Assembly: GCA_051362555.1 (NCBI GenBank)
Contig: CM120644.1
Coordinates: 1,682,954-1,746,953, forward strand
DNA: 64,000 nucleotides
Reading direction: 5' to 3'
DNA from: Lingula anatina
Lineage: Eukaryota > Animalia > Brachiopoda
Shown here: positions 1 through 14,200 of the stretch, in pieces
Layout of the letters: each line of letters starts with the position of its first letter
Position numbering within the stretch: position 1 is the stretch's first letter
Position numbers and translations under genes: made by a program
The notes under the pieces: generated by a model
Told to the model about the DNA's origin: nothing
Databases searched by the model: none
What the model saw: the letters and a program-made list of their open reading frames with translations, nothing else

Positions 1-3000
1 CTGGTCCCACCAGAGTACCACAGTGGAACGTCCTCAAGGCCAAGGTCAAGGTCAGATAGGCCCTTTCAGTCAGTGGCGTAAACACGAGTCTTTCAGAGGG
101 TCCAAGATACTCATGATCGTAGAGGAAGGTTGCGCCCAGTTGTTGTATGGTGCAGGGTGTGAACTGGAACCCCGTAGATACGCTGGTCTTCACGCGGGCC
201 ATGCTATCCTCTGGAGTAGAAGATAAGGAAATATTTCAGGAAGAATTCGTAAAAATCTGTTGGCTAAAGAACAGCATTTTACAAGAAGGATTATAATCAA
301 CCGATAAATTGTGCTAAAAATAAGGGTAGAAACTGACCCTTAATAATTGCATACCATATATACACCAAAGATACATATTATATAAAGAAGCATTAACCAT
401 ATTTTTAAGATCACTTCCAATTTCCCTACCAGACTTCTTCTCCTTCAGCCTGGCCAGTGATGCCCTTCTCTCCTTGGGCGAGGCGTCAGACTTGGACAGT
501 AAGGAGTCCCGACTGCTGCCATGGGACAGACGTCTTTCTCTGGGGGTGCTGGAAGAGACCTCAGGTTTCGGCTGCTCCTTTATATCCGTCTTAGCTCTGA
601 GAACGCTGCGGAAGTCCATGTGGAACTTCATGATCTTCTGCCAGTCATAGCTGTCCAGTGTGGGGGAACCCAGCTTTAACAGAACTGAGTAGACACAAAT
701 AATAAAATCTAAATTCAGCAAATTTAATTGTTTTATATATGCACAATTAAAAAAAAGAAAATAAATTGATAAACTAATAAGACAAAATATGTACATAAAT
801 TAACAAAATTTTTAATTAGAAATTCATTGTCAAAGATAGCACAAAGAGTACACAAGTTTTAAATTTAATTTATAGAAAATATCAAAATGAAAAATAAACT
901 GGATACTGAACATTGACATGCCATGCACATAAATAGTTTTCTCTCACCTTCCACATAATCCCTGTGTTGTGTTGTCTGTTGAACCAGACATCCCAGAAGT
1001 CTCTGCAGTCTCTTGCGTACACTGGAGCCTCCGCCCTTCACACTGCTCTCCCTCAGGAAGTTCACATACTGCGTGATCTTACTGTTCTGTTGATTCCTGG
1101 TTATATCAATAAATAACATCACTTTAAATAATGGATATCCATTATGAAACACAAACACACATATTTTGAGACAGCAATGGACTCCGAAATTTTGCAAATA
1201 TGTAATAATAGTTGGCAAATGAATTTATAAAAAAAAATAACACAAAGGATTCTAGAAGTGTATTAATTACTCATTCTTCACAGAAGTTGGAAGGAACAAG
1301 GGAGTTTTTTGTGTATCACCAGTTAAATCTTAAATAAAGGACACAGACAGTCAGCCTGTGTGTTATCTAACAAACCATAGCTGGTCATTAAATCTGAAAC
1401 ACACTGTCATTTTATTTTTTACAAATTACAAATTACAAAGGTGGAGCTACCATATCTACCAGACCATCTAATAGTGGTCTTACCTAAATTTTTGTTCTAT
1501 TTATCACAGAGTTTCAGATGGGAAAAAAATTAATTCAGCAGAAAAAACCATAATATTATCAGTCAGCTAAAGTACATGTCTACTAAGAATGAAATTAGAT
1601 GTTTGGTGTCCTTTTCTAAAGCAGTTATCTGGTCATCTAATCTGTATGGAATAAAACAACTGTTAAATTGCTATAATTCACCATCATCAGTGTGTTCTCT
1701 GGAGCAGTGAGGGTGATGACCAGTTAATGTAAACGGCAGTCTTCTTATCTATATCACCTTTTTGTACTTTGAACCATGGAGTTTCATTTTGGTTAAAATG
1801 CAGTCATTGGACCAAATAATGCCATCAAACCAGTAAGCAAGTAAAGTTTCTAGTCAAGCTTGTCAAGTCCATGTAATTTAAACCAACTGGTATTCTGTCC
1901 GTTTACGATCAGCTCACCATAAGAAGTCAGTGTCATGGCAGGTGGCTTCTTATGGTGAGCTGCCATAAGAAGTCAGTGTCATGGCAGGTGGCTTAAGTCA
2001 TTTACGCAGGACAAGAGCAGGATTGGATTTCGATCACCATACAGTGAAGTAATCACAAGCACACAATGAGATAGTGGGAGCCAAGTTAGGTCAACCCAAA
2101 CTGACTGCAAACACAACATTACTCACTGCAATTTTTTTTTAATTAAAAAAAAAAAACTTGGCGTCAGTGGTTATAACCATTACCTTATCTCCGTCAACTG
2201 ATCCCTATCTCCGTGCTCGAGGGCCTTGGTCATGGCTTTCTGCCACATAATGGCCTCGGCGACCAGCACGCACTGGGACGGGAAGCGCAGGAGCCAGTGT
2301 TTAAAGGAGTGGCGAATCTGCTGGCTGAGTTGGGTCTGTTCCTGGGTGGGGTGTGCAGTGCTCACCTCATATCGGCTCAGTTCCTCCAGAAGGAGGACAC
2401 TCTGTTTGGAGCCTGGAAATACGGCAGACAAATTGATTTTTTTTATGAACAATAATGTACGAAACAGATACCTTTTTTATCACAAAAATAGCTACCTTTG
2501 GTTACAGATTATTTTGTATTCACTTTTATCTAGGTAACTGTACATCTAACAATTTAAGCATAAGCAGATAAACACATAATTTATAGTATTTATGCAATAT
2601 TCTAAATAATTCAAATATAGTAAAGAAAAATTAATGTAATGTTATTTTAGCTACAGGCCCATATTACAACAAAAGGAAACAATCATAAAACTACTTTTAA
2701 AAAATTGCAGCCAGGTTGACAAATTACTTTAAGTGGCTGTCATGTGGGCATATTGGTAACTACGAAGTACACACTGATTCTTTTTATTTTCTCTAGTTAA
2801 AACTGAGAAAACATACAAATGCATTTACGTGCTGTCCATGTGACAAAGTGTATGTCTTGTTTAACATCAGTATATATTCCTGGTATAACTCTCACCTTCC
2901 TCCCAGCGTGCTTGTACACACGCCTGTAACATGGTGGCCATGGTGCTCTTCATGCCTTCCTCTAGACCTGAGAGCCATCTGGTGGCCAGATTATTGGCTT

Positions 3001-6000
3001 CCAGTTTGTACAACAGCGGCACGGCTTCCTCCATATCTCCAGTGAGACTGGTCACTTGTAACTTATGGGCTGTATAGAAAAGAAAACAGACAATCATAAA
3101 ACATATATACAATATATAATATATAATACATATTAAAAATAGTAGTGACATGGTTTCCTCCATGTCTCTAGTGATACTGGTCACTTGTTCAGTAGCTTAT
3201 GGGCTATATAGAGAAAGAAACAGATAATCTTATATTTAAGCTCATATTTATTATCCACATCTTTGTATCTATTTCTTTACTTATCATCATTCATCTTTAT
3301 ATTTGTCCATTTCATCCTTACACATTACTAATTGTTGAGTACAAAATCAAGAGTGGTGCTACTGGACAAGAAAGTTGTTGGACTCCCCTTAGCAAAATGA
3401 AAACTTTGCAGCAACAAGTTTGCATGAGTTAGCAAGATAAATTTTATTGCTGCTAATTTGCAGCCATATTGCAGCAAATTTGCTTCAAATTTGCAAGAAA
3501 GAACTGTAGTTTGCGGCAATATTGCAGCAAACTCGCTGCGAATTTGCAGCAGGCCTGATATTATGATAAGCCCGGGTGTTTAATTTCAAACACCAACCAT
3601 TAGATTACAGGTTTCTCACCGTTGAGAACAAAGTCCAGGGCAGTACTCATGGTGGTCATCTGAGACGGAAGAGCAAACGTCAGCGACTTGATTCCAGCAA
3701 AACATTTCTTGGCACAGGGCAGCAGAGCAGGAGGGTTACGGCTTATACCCATCAGGTCTACCACTTCCTGGTTACTGAGAAAATAAAGCCTGGGGAACTC
3801 TGACCTGGCATGCTCCAGGAGGTTTTCTAGGTGCTTCTGGATTTGTTCCTGGAAAAAGTATGATAAAACAAATGAAATAAGCATATTTTCAATACGAGCA
3901 GGCAAATTTTAAAAATTGGTTTCTATATTTGTATTAACAAATGAAAAAGAAAAGGCCAACTACTCATAAAACTTACCCTGAAGTATGTCACAAACGTAGA
4001 CTCATTGATTCCAAAATTTAAGGTCTGCCTTATCAAAACCATTATTATAAACATCAGACATCAAACAATATCTTTGAAGGAATTGTTTCTCATCTAATTT
4101 AATGTTTGCCTTTAAATGTTGAACTCTCTGATGGGATTTCCCTGTAGTCAAGTTCTGTATCCATACTATTACGGTATTATTATTATTTTCTCATATTAAA
4201 TCTAAAGTTTAAGTTAAGTAAGGCAAACTGACCATTCCTTCCAGTAGACTTTGAAGAAGCTCTCTGATGGCTTCTCCCTGTAGTCTTCTGTATCCTGGCT
4301 CTCCACGCTGCTTGCTGAAGATGGAGGTCACCTTGGGGTCATTTACTACTGACTTGATAAATTCCTGGAATACAACACGCAAAGTATTTTACTCATTTCT
4401 CAATCAAACAAGGGATCTACATATAAGTGATAGGTATAAGTCTAAAATGTATGTAACAAATGCAATTTACTACTAATTTTAACTTTGAGAGCATTCACGT
4501 TGATAAGAGCCAAGGTCTAGCAAGGCCAAGACCTAATGAATGTCATTAGGTTACACGGTCTTCCTTTCATGTAGGTCTGCCATATTTAGGTCTTGGTCTT
4601 GCTAGACCTCGGCTCTTCTCGATGTGAATGCTCTCTTTAACTTAATATCCTACTCTTAAAGGCACTCTGTACTGTACACTCAATTTCTTTCAAGAAAGAT
4701 TCTTATTCTAACATTACCTTGTATTTAGCATTGATGGACTCAAACTTTAGACTTTGGGACCCAAGTTTTCTGTATATATCTGGATCTTCAAATACTTTCA
4801 ACAGATAGAGCCACTGAAACAGATAGGAAAGAATAATAAAAAATAATGTTTACTATTCCTGACCTTTATCATTTTTAATAGATTTCATTCTTTTTCATTT
4901 CTTTGCTTTTTCCAAAAATTGATTGACAAATCAAAAGATGGCCAAAGACTTAACAAAATACTGTATAAAACAGTAAAAATGTTAACTCACATAATACCAA
5001 CTTTGAAAGGACTAGAGCAAAAATGAAATGGATCAAAGAAAGCTAAAACTGCAATTTTCTCATTTTCTTTATCCTAATAAACAAATCATATAAAAACAAA
5101 ATTAACAATTTATAAATTCTATCAGTTGGCGAAAGTTAATCATATATTCCATTCTACAGGAGTAGAAAAACCTCAGAACATGGCCAATGTCCAAGGCAGA
5201 AGACTCAGACCAGGTGTATCTGGCACACAACACATACACACACACACACACACGCACACACACACACACATATAGGCATGCACACATACTTGCACATGCA
5301 CATACACACACAAGCACAAATACATACAGATATGCACACACGCACATGCACACATATACACACACACATACACCATATGTATGTGACTCATGCCTGGTCT
5401 TTGTATATATAACCAGAACTTGGCTCTGATCATGAGTATCACCCCATTTCCATAGATTAGATCGACCTACTTTAGATCGACCTAACTCCCTGGGGGTTCA
5501 CGCTAAATAGCTGTCAGCCGGGTGGACACGAAAGTTAATTACCCCTCACAGCTTGTGATAGGCGGGACGGACATTTAAGTCGGATTATCTGAAAGTAATC
5601 TAGTGAGACTCCCCACGGGGATAGATCGATCTAAAATCTATGGGAATAGAGCCTATGTGTTACTGATCAGATGTGATACTGGTACCAGTACTACTGTATA
5701 CACCACACACGCCAGCCTCACTCACAGTGCCTATAATAATAATACTGACCTTCTTCTGACATGTGACCCAGAGGTCAAGGATCTCCTCAGCCTGCTGTAG
5801 CGAGCTTGACCAGTACTCTGTCTCTGGACGCAGGTCAGCCAGGTAGGGGGACACCAGCATGGAGGTCAGGGTGACCTGGCTGTCCTGGAGGGACAAGTTG
5901 ATCATAGTTAATTGTAGTAACACCAGCTAAAAGGCTATGACTTGAGGGATACGAGACTTCCTTAAGGGAATGTTTTCAAAACAGTTGTGATCTTTCTTAC

Positions 6001-8137
6001 ATTTCCTTTTCAACTGATGCATTAAATTATAAATTGCATTCCATGTGTCTATAATGTAAAATCAGGGATATAACAACTAATATACTTACATCTATGAGGT
6101 ACTTCAGCTCCTCCACATCAATAAGTACAAACATGTCATCTCCAGAGATATTCAGTCCCTTCGGCATGTTGGCCAGGGCTTTCTCATGTCTGAACTTGGC
6201 CATCCCCTTCACCTTCCTCCCCCCTGGGTGAGCACTGGGAGCCACGCCCGCTGTGTCTGGAAATATACTCACAGAGCTTAATATAACTCATTTACTAACA
6301 GTAGGCAACTATGGCTGCCAGTCTGAGGTAAAAAGACAGTTTAGTAGAATTGGTGTCTAGTAACATATTAAATAATATATTATATTCAAAGTTTAACAAG
6401 TCCAATAACAGACAAGGAGAAGACATTTGATGGTTGCTTTAGATTTTGTATCCATTATTTACAGATTTCTTCTGAGGTCAAACAACAACAACAACAACAA
6501 CACATACCAGACAAGAATGTCAACAACTTCAACAAAAACAACCAATTCCTGACACACTACATACAATAACAACATTATATATATTTTACTACTAAATACC
6601 ATCTCAATCCCTAACCACATGTACATACATGCACATGCACACACACATACACGCACATACACACACATGCACAAGCACACACACATGCACATACACACAT
6701 GCATATACATGCACGTGCACAAACACACATATAAACAAATACATACACACACACACACATACATACATACACACAACTTTTAGAACACTCCCACTAACAC
6801 AATAACACATACCAGACAAAAACAACAACACATACCAGACAAAAACAACAACACATACCAGACAAAAACAACAACACATACCAGACAAAAACAACAACAA
6901 ATTCCACATATGCCACATACAAAGCAACTGTACATCAATTCATATCTTATACAACAATAACCCAACCAAATCCCTAACCACACACACACACACACACACG
7001 CATACACACACACACACACACAGTCTAGTAGCCTCACCTTTATCATACACGCTATCAGGGATATGCTTGGCCAGCTTCAGGTTCTTCTCCTGCCAAAGTT
7101 TCCTCAGTTTGACCAGTTTTTGTTCCAGAGCAAACTCGGACTTGGCACCAGTATAGATGGTGTTGATAAGGAGGCTGTGCTCGCCCAGGTTCAGGTCTAA
7201 AAGTTCCGCAACGGTCACGTTCCAGCCTGGCTCATACTCCTCACCAATGCCGACAAAGATTTCTTTCCAGTGCCGAGGCTAAGGAAATACAGGGATTTAG
7301 ATGTGCACTTTTTTCACCTCAGTAATTGAATAAAATTTTATAAGCAATTTTAAGTCTGAGTTTAAAAACATTCAGTCAGTCAGGGATATTAGCCATTAGA
7401 CAATTGAATAGGAGATTAGTTGGTGATTAGAAAAATATTGGACTTTTTTTTCCTCAGCTTTAACTCCTATTAAACTGACTGACATGTACGCATTTTTTTT
7501 TACATTAATTTTTTAACTTTATTTATAGCTTTCATTTAATTTCACCAAATGGAAGAGCAATTTTCAATGGCCACTTAGTTTCACGAGCCAGAACACTTAA
7601 GGCTCAGACTAAACATTATAAGATGCATTGGTTTGTTGGTTTGTCAGTGGCCAATTTAGTTTGATCAAACTTTTGTACATATGGATTTTTCTGTGGTCAC
7701 TCATAATTCAAGGTACAGACTGTTTGATTAAGACCCCATTCCCAGAGATTAGATGACCTAACTCCCTGGGGGTTCACGCTAGATAGCTGTCAGCCGAGTG
7801 GGCACGAAAGTTAATCACCCCCTTACAGCTTGTAGTAGGCGGGACGGGTATTTAAGCCGGATTATCTGACAGTAATCTAGTGAGACTCCCTGCAGGGATA
7901 GATTGATCTAAAAGCTCTGGGAATACGCCCTAAGTCCATAACCAGATCACCACTTACTTTCAAGGCATCACTGGCCAGTTTATGCAGCAAGGGGAGGTCT
8001 TGTTTGAAGTCCTGTAGTACCTTGAACCAGTTGGCAAGCACCTTGTCTCCCAGAGGAAGGTGACTCTTCATCTGGAATGCTATCCCCTGCCACTCCTGGA
8101 CCTTGTCAAATGCCTTCTGGACATTCATCTGGTTGAG

Positions 8138-8206
<69 letters not shown>

Positions 8207-11200
8207 TATGTATATGGCATTGAAATATGTCTCCATTTTTCCCTTGATTTTTTAAAGACCATCTGGGCATTTATCTGGTGAGCAATACTGTAACACTTCA
8301 TATTTTTAAAAAAAATTAACTTTTAAAGATAAATCTGGTGCTGTGCTTACATTTCATTCATTTATTTCAGACAATATACAAGTGACAAATTACTCACAAA
8401 ATCAGTGCTAAATTGACAAAAATACAAAACAAAATAAGTGATAATTCCCCAACACCCAACGTATCAATTCTCCTCACCTTCCTGAAGAGCTGCTGCTTCC
8501 AGTCGATGATGGAGTGATTGGACAACTCCACGTATTTCCACAGCTCCTGGCGTATGTCCATCTTGATGGCCAGTTTATGAAGGAAGTCCAGGTTGTAGGG
8601 GTTTCCCGTGATCATCTCCTTCCACTTGCAACACTCCTTTAACTTGTGTTCCACTGTGTAGAACTTCCCTCGCAGCTGAAATATACCAACACTTCATTAG
8701 CAGGGAGGACTGGTAAAGATGGAAGAATTTTATTCAACTTCAGTATTATTTCTTCTGATCTAAGCTTTTGGAATTCAAACCAGATGTAAAATACCTGGTA
8801 ACATCAAGCAAAATGAAATATTTATTGGTACACCAAAAAGAAAACAACTTTATCATTTAGTCTTATTATATCATATTCTTATACAGAAAATAATGAAATA
8901 TATTGCCATGACTCCATATTTAGAACAATTGATGAATTATGTGAATGAAAATGAGTAAGCATACATGTAAGTGAAAGCTGCATAATATCTATAGGTACAT
9001 ATCAATATAAATATATACATATATTGACTTATCATATTTCATGAGTTTATAAATAAAACTCAGTGCACTAGCTGCAAGGTCAATTTATCAAAAACATCAA
9101 AGGCTACATCCTCCCATTAAAACAATGGTTATAATTTATGCTTCAAGAAGTAGAACAGTTACTGCCCTCTCAGGTGGAAAGCTATGATAATTCATCATCA
9201 GGCAATCAGTGAAATTTATCTGTCAGTTGGCACAAACATGCACTATTTCTCAAACCCTCACTTAAATATCTAGGCAATGGTTGGGGCCATGACATTCCTC
9301 AAGTTACACTTCTCCCTTCTCTCAGGCATGACACTTCACACAGGAGCTACTTCAGAAATGGGTCAGCTCAATCAATCAACTTTCAGAAAAGTCTTAAAAA
9401 AGATTTTGAGTGTAATGGCTTCAAAGACAGTAATTCAAGTTTAACAGATGTATTGCACTAAATCATTCTTAGGTCATGGCAAGTTGGTAAAATTGTGCTG
9501 GAACCAAAAATAGATTGAATGACTAACACCCCATTTCCATAGATTTTTAGATCGATCTATCCCTGTGGGGAGTCTCACTAGATTACTGTCAGCTTGGCCG
9601 GCTTAAGCGTCTGTCCTGCCTACTAAAAGCTGTAAGGGGGTATTTAACTATGGTGTCCGCTCGGCTGACTGCAATTTAGCCTGAACCCCCAGGGAGTTAG
9701 GTCGATCTAAAACTTAATCTTTAGACCGATCTAAATCTCTGGGAAAGCACCCTAAGGATGTACACTGGATGACCACCCCCTGTGGCACCCTCTAACATGA
9801 CAGATGGCCAATCTCCACCACTCTCTTCTAAAACAATTCAGATCTCAAGCCATCTGTGTATTACAACTATTAATATCACCACTATTATTACTATAATATG
9901 CCAAATGTATTGTAGAGATCAAGCTAACAAATACACCAATTCTACAATTTCATGCTCAGTAAATGTCATTATTAGGAATCTACAGCAGGCCTAAGGGTCT
10001 ACACACATACAAAATAAATAAATAAATAAATAAATAAATAAAAAACAAACAAACAAATAAATAAATAAATAAATTAAGTCAGCAGGTTCCCTGGCTAAAA
10101 ATTTAATTACCACCATAACATGGTCACATGGCAAGTCTTACCCTATCAGGAGCAGTGTAACAGCACTCTCATGGAAATCCTAGTCAACTAAAACAAGGAA
10201 ATGACTTGTGAACTGGGGGACAGACCTACCCCTTGTAACCCTCAATTTTGAAGATAAAAGTCTCCAACAAGAAGTCACTGTTACTGTATCTAGACTACCA
10301 GTGGTCAAGACATCTGCAGGAGAAGAGGACCCTCAGCTCATCCTACCGACCCAGCCTTAATTCACAACTTTTCCAGAAAGATGATTATTGTAACCATAGC
10401 AACTCTGGTTGCCATGGCAATTGGAAGTAAGTTGTCTTTTTGATACTTTGAACTTAAAAAAAAATTGCTTTTAGGTTAGGTTAAAAAACTTAAAGGACTT
10501 TTTTTTATCTATTAAATGCTTTTTTTTTCCACAACTCAAGGTAGTGACAACTGTAGCTTATGACAATTACTTGAATTGTTTAAATGTTTACTTTTACATG
10601 CACTTATACAAGAATTATCATCCTTAAGTACTCACAAAATGTATTTTCTGGCATGAATCCAGATAACCTTTCAAAACTTTTTAATAATTTGTAAGAGTAT
10701 TGCCAACAAAACATTCTTAGAAAAGGAAAGAACTTGATTCCTTGTTGTTTAAATTTCTTATGGAATAAACATGAAAGTCTATCCTTTAGAACACAGTGAT
10801 ACAGTTCTGGTCTAACAACCTTTTAACATGTACAGATGAACAATGCAATTGTGCTGTTTTACATGTTTAAGTACATTAAGTCCACCTTGTTTAAATGTGG
10901 AAAAAATTGCAGTGTTGTAAACTAAGATATTAACTACATGTAGCCAGACTTTTGTTATGTGGTTCACGGCACTCTGTACTTTCTAAAACAGAGGGTTAAG
11001 GGCAAAAAGCACTTTTTAATCACTAGTCTTTCCATTCTGCTCCAAAACGTCCCCTAACCCAAGCTCACCCACCACCTCTACTTCTAAGTGAGCTTGAGTG
11101 CATCATTGTTCATAAGACTTTTTAATCTTAATCTAAAAGGAGGAATAAGGAAGCTGTCATTATATCTAAAGGTAGGGTTTTTTTTTTTTTTTTTTTAAAT

Positions 11201-14200
11201 TTATTTCTTATTATTTTTTGTGGGAGGGGTACATGTCTTGGCTTAATCACATCTGAATTGTCTTAAAATGCCTGAAGCCATCTCTCAGTGACACACATCA
11301 TCATTCTGACATCACGGAAAAATCATCTAAAATGAAAAATGAAAGACTGCACATACTGGTCTCCATTAGGATAATGATGAGTTAAGAGAGAAACATTGTT
11401 CTAAAATTATATGCATTTATTGGTATTGTTTAGTTTTAGTGATGAATGAACAGAGTTAGAAAATTGCCAGTCACAGAAGAAATTTTTAAAGCCAGTGATT
11501 ATTATTTAATTTTTTATCTATTTATTTATTTATTCATTTATTTGTTTGTTTGTTTGTTTGTTTGTTTGTTTGTTTTTGTCACAGTAATGTCAGACTGAAA
11601 TTTAATAAACATGAAAAATGCATCAAAATTAATTTTTTCCACCCTGTAAGTCATTAAGGGCAGATTCAGATGTCAATATCACGCACCAGAGCACAGGAAG
11701 ACAGGGTTTATTTCTGCCACTCTATCATTAACTTCACCATCAGAGATGTGAACTCCAGATAACATACCATCAAAAATGCCTCGTGTCACTGCCCTCTACT
11801 TGACTTAGAATAAAAAAAAAAACAACTGAATTTTTAAAACATTCTAGTTTTTTTTTTTTTAATTCTTTCAAAATCATTTCTCATTTCTTTCATATCATTC
11901 ATAAACCAAGCTACATGTATGTTGAACGAGGTGTAAAAGGTTCCTGTTTTAGTTTCACAAAAGTGCTTTAGTTGGAAAATTGTTCTGTGTCTAGACTAAA
12001 AGTGGTTTTCTTTAGCTCAAGTTTGTATTAAGAATAGTCTGAAACATTTCAGTGGCAGATTTAGGGGGGTGTCAGGAGGATCCTGACCCCCCCCCCCCCC
12101 CCAACCACCTGCAGTTTCTGGAAAAAAAACACCAATGGTGACATCTTGAAATTAGAATTTTGACTAGCTGAATCACAGTTCTAAACCGTAAAAAATGGCA
12201 TCGTTCACCCCCATCAAGTAATCCTGGATCCATTGCAGTCTTCCCCGTGTCATCCCTGTACTGTCCAAGCAGTCCACAACTCGGAGACGAGATGAGAAAG
12301 ATTGCAATCTGCCATGTAAACAAGTCCCTCCACCCTGGTGATACCACCCTGGTGTTCTGAACATTGTTATTAGAGGGTAGAAAGATATTTGGGAACAAAC
12401 ACAAATACGAGCAAATTTACAATCTATGATGGTAAAACAAAACATATACAAGTTTTTTTTCACAATAACATAATCTGATGGTAATAACAGAGGTGGAAGT
12501 CATGAAGCTAGGTGTACATGTAGCATCTTGTCATCAATGGGGAACTGAAAAGAGATACGTACTCAAGCCTACATTACATAACAAATAAGGGCTGTTAATA
12601 TAATATTAATTTTTATCTACTAGTACTTATTGACTTACTGTGATATGACTCATATATTAGGGCCACAGCACGTTTTTCCCACATGTATCTATTAATACAT
12701 CTTTATACTTTTTTCAACAGTAGTCTGACTGTGTCTAGTGCATGTTTATCTATCCCAAACCAATAAATCTAGCTACAAGCTTGTTTTTTTTTTCTTTCTC
12801 ATTTTAGCTATGAAATATTTCAAGTGAATGGTTGTGATGGGTAAAGATAGTATCAGTAGTGTGGAGAAGACATTTCCTTGATATCAAGACATTTAATGGC
12901 TTTCTGCATGCCTGCAATCTAATGATCAAGATAAGTTATCTAGACTTCAGATACAAAACAAATAAACCTTCTGCCTGTACACAGTGGCAAGCTTTGGCCA
13001 TCTCTTCCATAATGGTACCTTTTATCTGCCCTTTACTATCTCTGTGACCAAACTGAAATGTGTTCTTGTGTTTTTGCGTAGTTCCTATTACTGACATGAA
13101 AATATCATCAGCTTACATAACTATGTCAATCTTGTGCTAGCCAGGCTTATGGCCATGAGGCAATTATGTGATCATGAGTCACCTAGCTGTACATGAATAT
13201 AACAAGTATATTACCAAGCTGCAGGTGAGACAATACGCCAGTGATTTTCATTTTAGCATGTTGTGAGGTTTCAGTAGATACTGCTTCCCAAAACTGAATT
13301 TAAAAAAAAAAATTACTCAACTACATAAGTTTTTTATGTCTCCTTGATGTAAGCTGATTTAAGTAATAGGACGTGCCAGTTAAAACAATAGAACCAACTC
13401 AAGTATGACATTCCAAATTTGGCCAATGATGGTCGCATTTATTGAAGGTCCCATTAATAAAAAGAAATGAAGCAGATTAATGATAAACATTTAATAGTAT
13501 AATAAATGGTATTTATTTTTGCAAGGTTCAGGAGGAGAGCTAGATTTTGATATAAAGAGACTGGGCCCCAAGCTGAAGTTATTGGAGTAAGGGTGAAGCA
13601 TTGCATGGAACGCATTACCACATGACATGCTGTATGTGATATAAAGTACAGCTGAGTCATGTTTTCTACCTGCCATGGTTTAATAGATATACAGCATGCA
13701 TCTACTGAAAAACAACCAAGGGCGCTGTGACCCTGCTCAGATTGGGTCACCATGCATGACCCTGCCCAGATTGGGTCACCTTGACCCTGCTCAGATTGGG
13801 TCACCTTGACCCTGCTGAGATTGGGTCACCGTGACCCTGCTCAGATTGGGTCACCTTGACCCTGCTGAGATTGTGTCACCATGACCCTGCTCAGATTGGG
13901 TCACCTTGACCCTGCTGAGATTGGGTCACCATGACCCTGCTCAGATTGGGTCACCTTGACCCTGCTGAGATTGGGTCACCGTGACGCTGTTAAGACTGGG
14001 CCTGCTGCTTAGTCTCAATGATATGTTCACACAGAAGTACATGTACAAATGGGGGGTATTTTCAAAGTGGAACATTTTGGAGGCTTTTTTTTCTCTCTCT
14101 CTCTTTTCTGTGTTCCTACTCCCTTTTTTTTCAAGACTTTGAGGCTATGTTTATGTTTTAACCAGCATGTTCATCATGATGTTATTTTGTGCATGATGGA

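Noticed and set aside
5102-7046. Several Cys/Val- or His/Thr-rich ORFs
   Set aside because: Translations of (CA)n/(TG)n microsatellites.
12051-12110. CAGTGGCAGATTTAGGGGGG start resembling a hAT-type MITE end
   Set aside because: No matching opposite terminus or TSD identified by eye.
13727-13985. Palindromic repeats resembling a CRISPR array
   Set aside because: Units are head-to-tail with no unique spacers, there are no cas genes, and the context is a eukaryotic intron.
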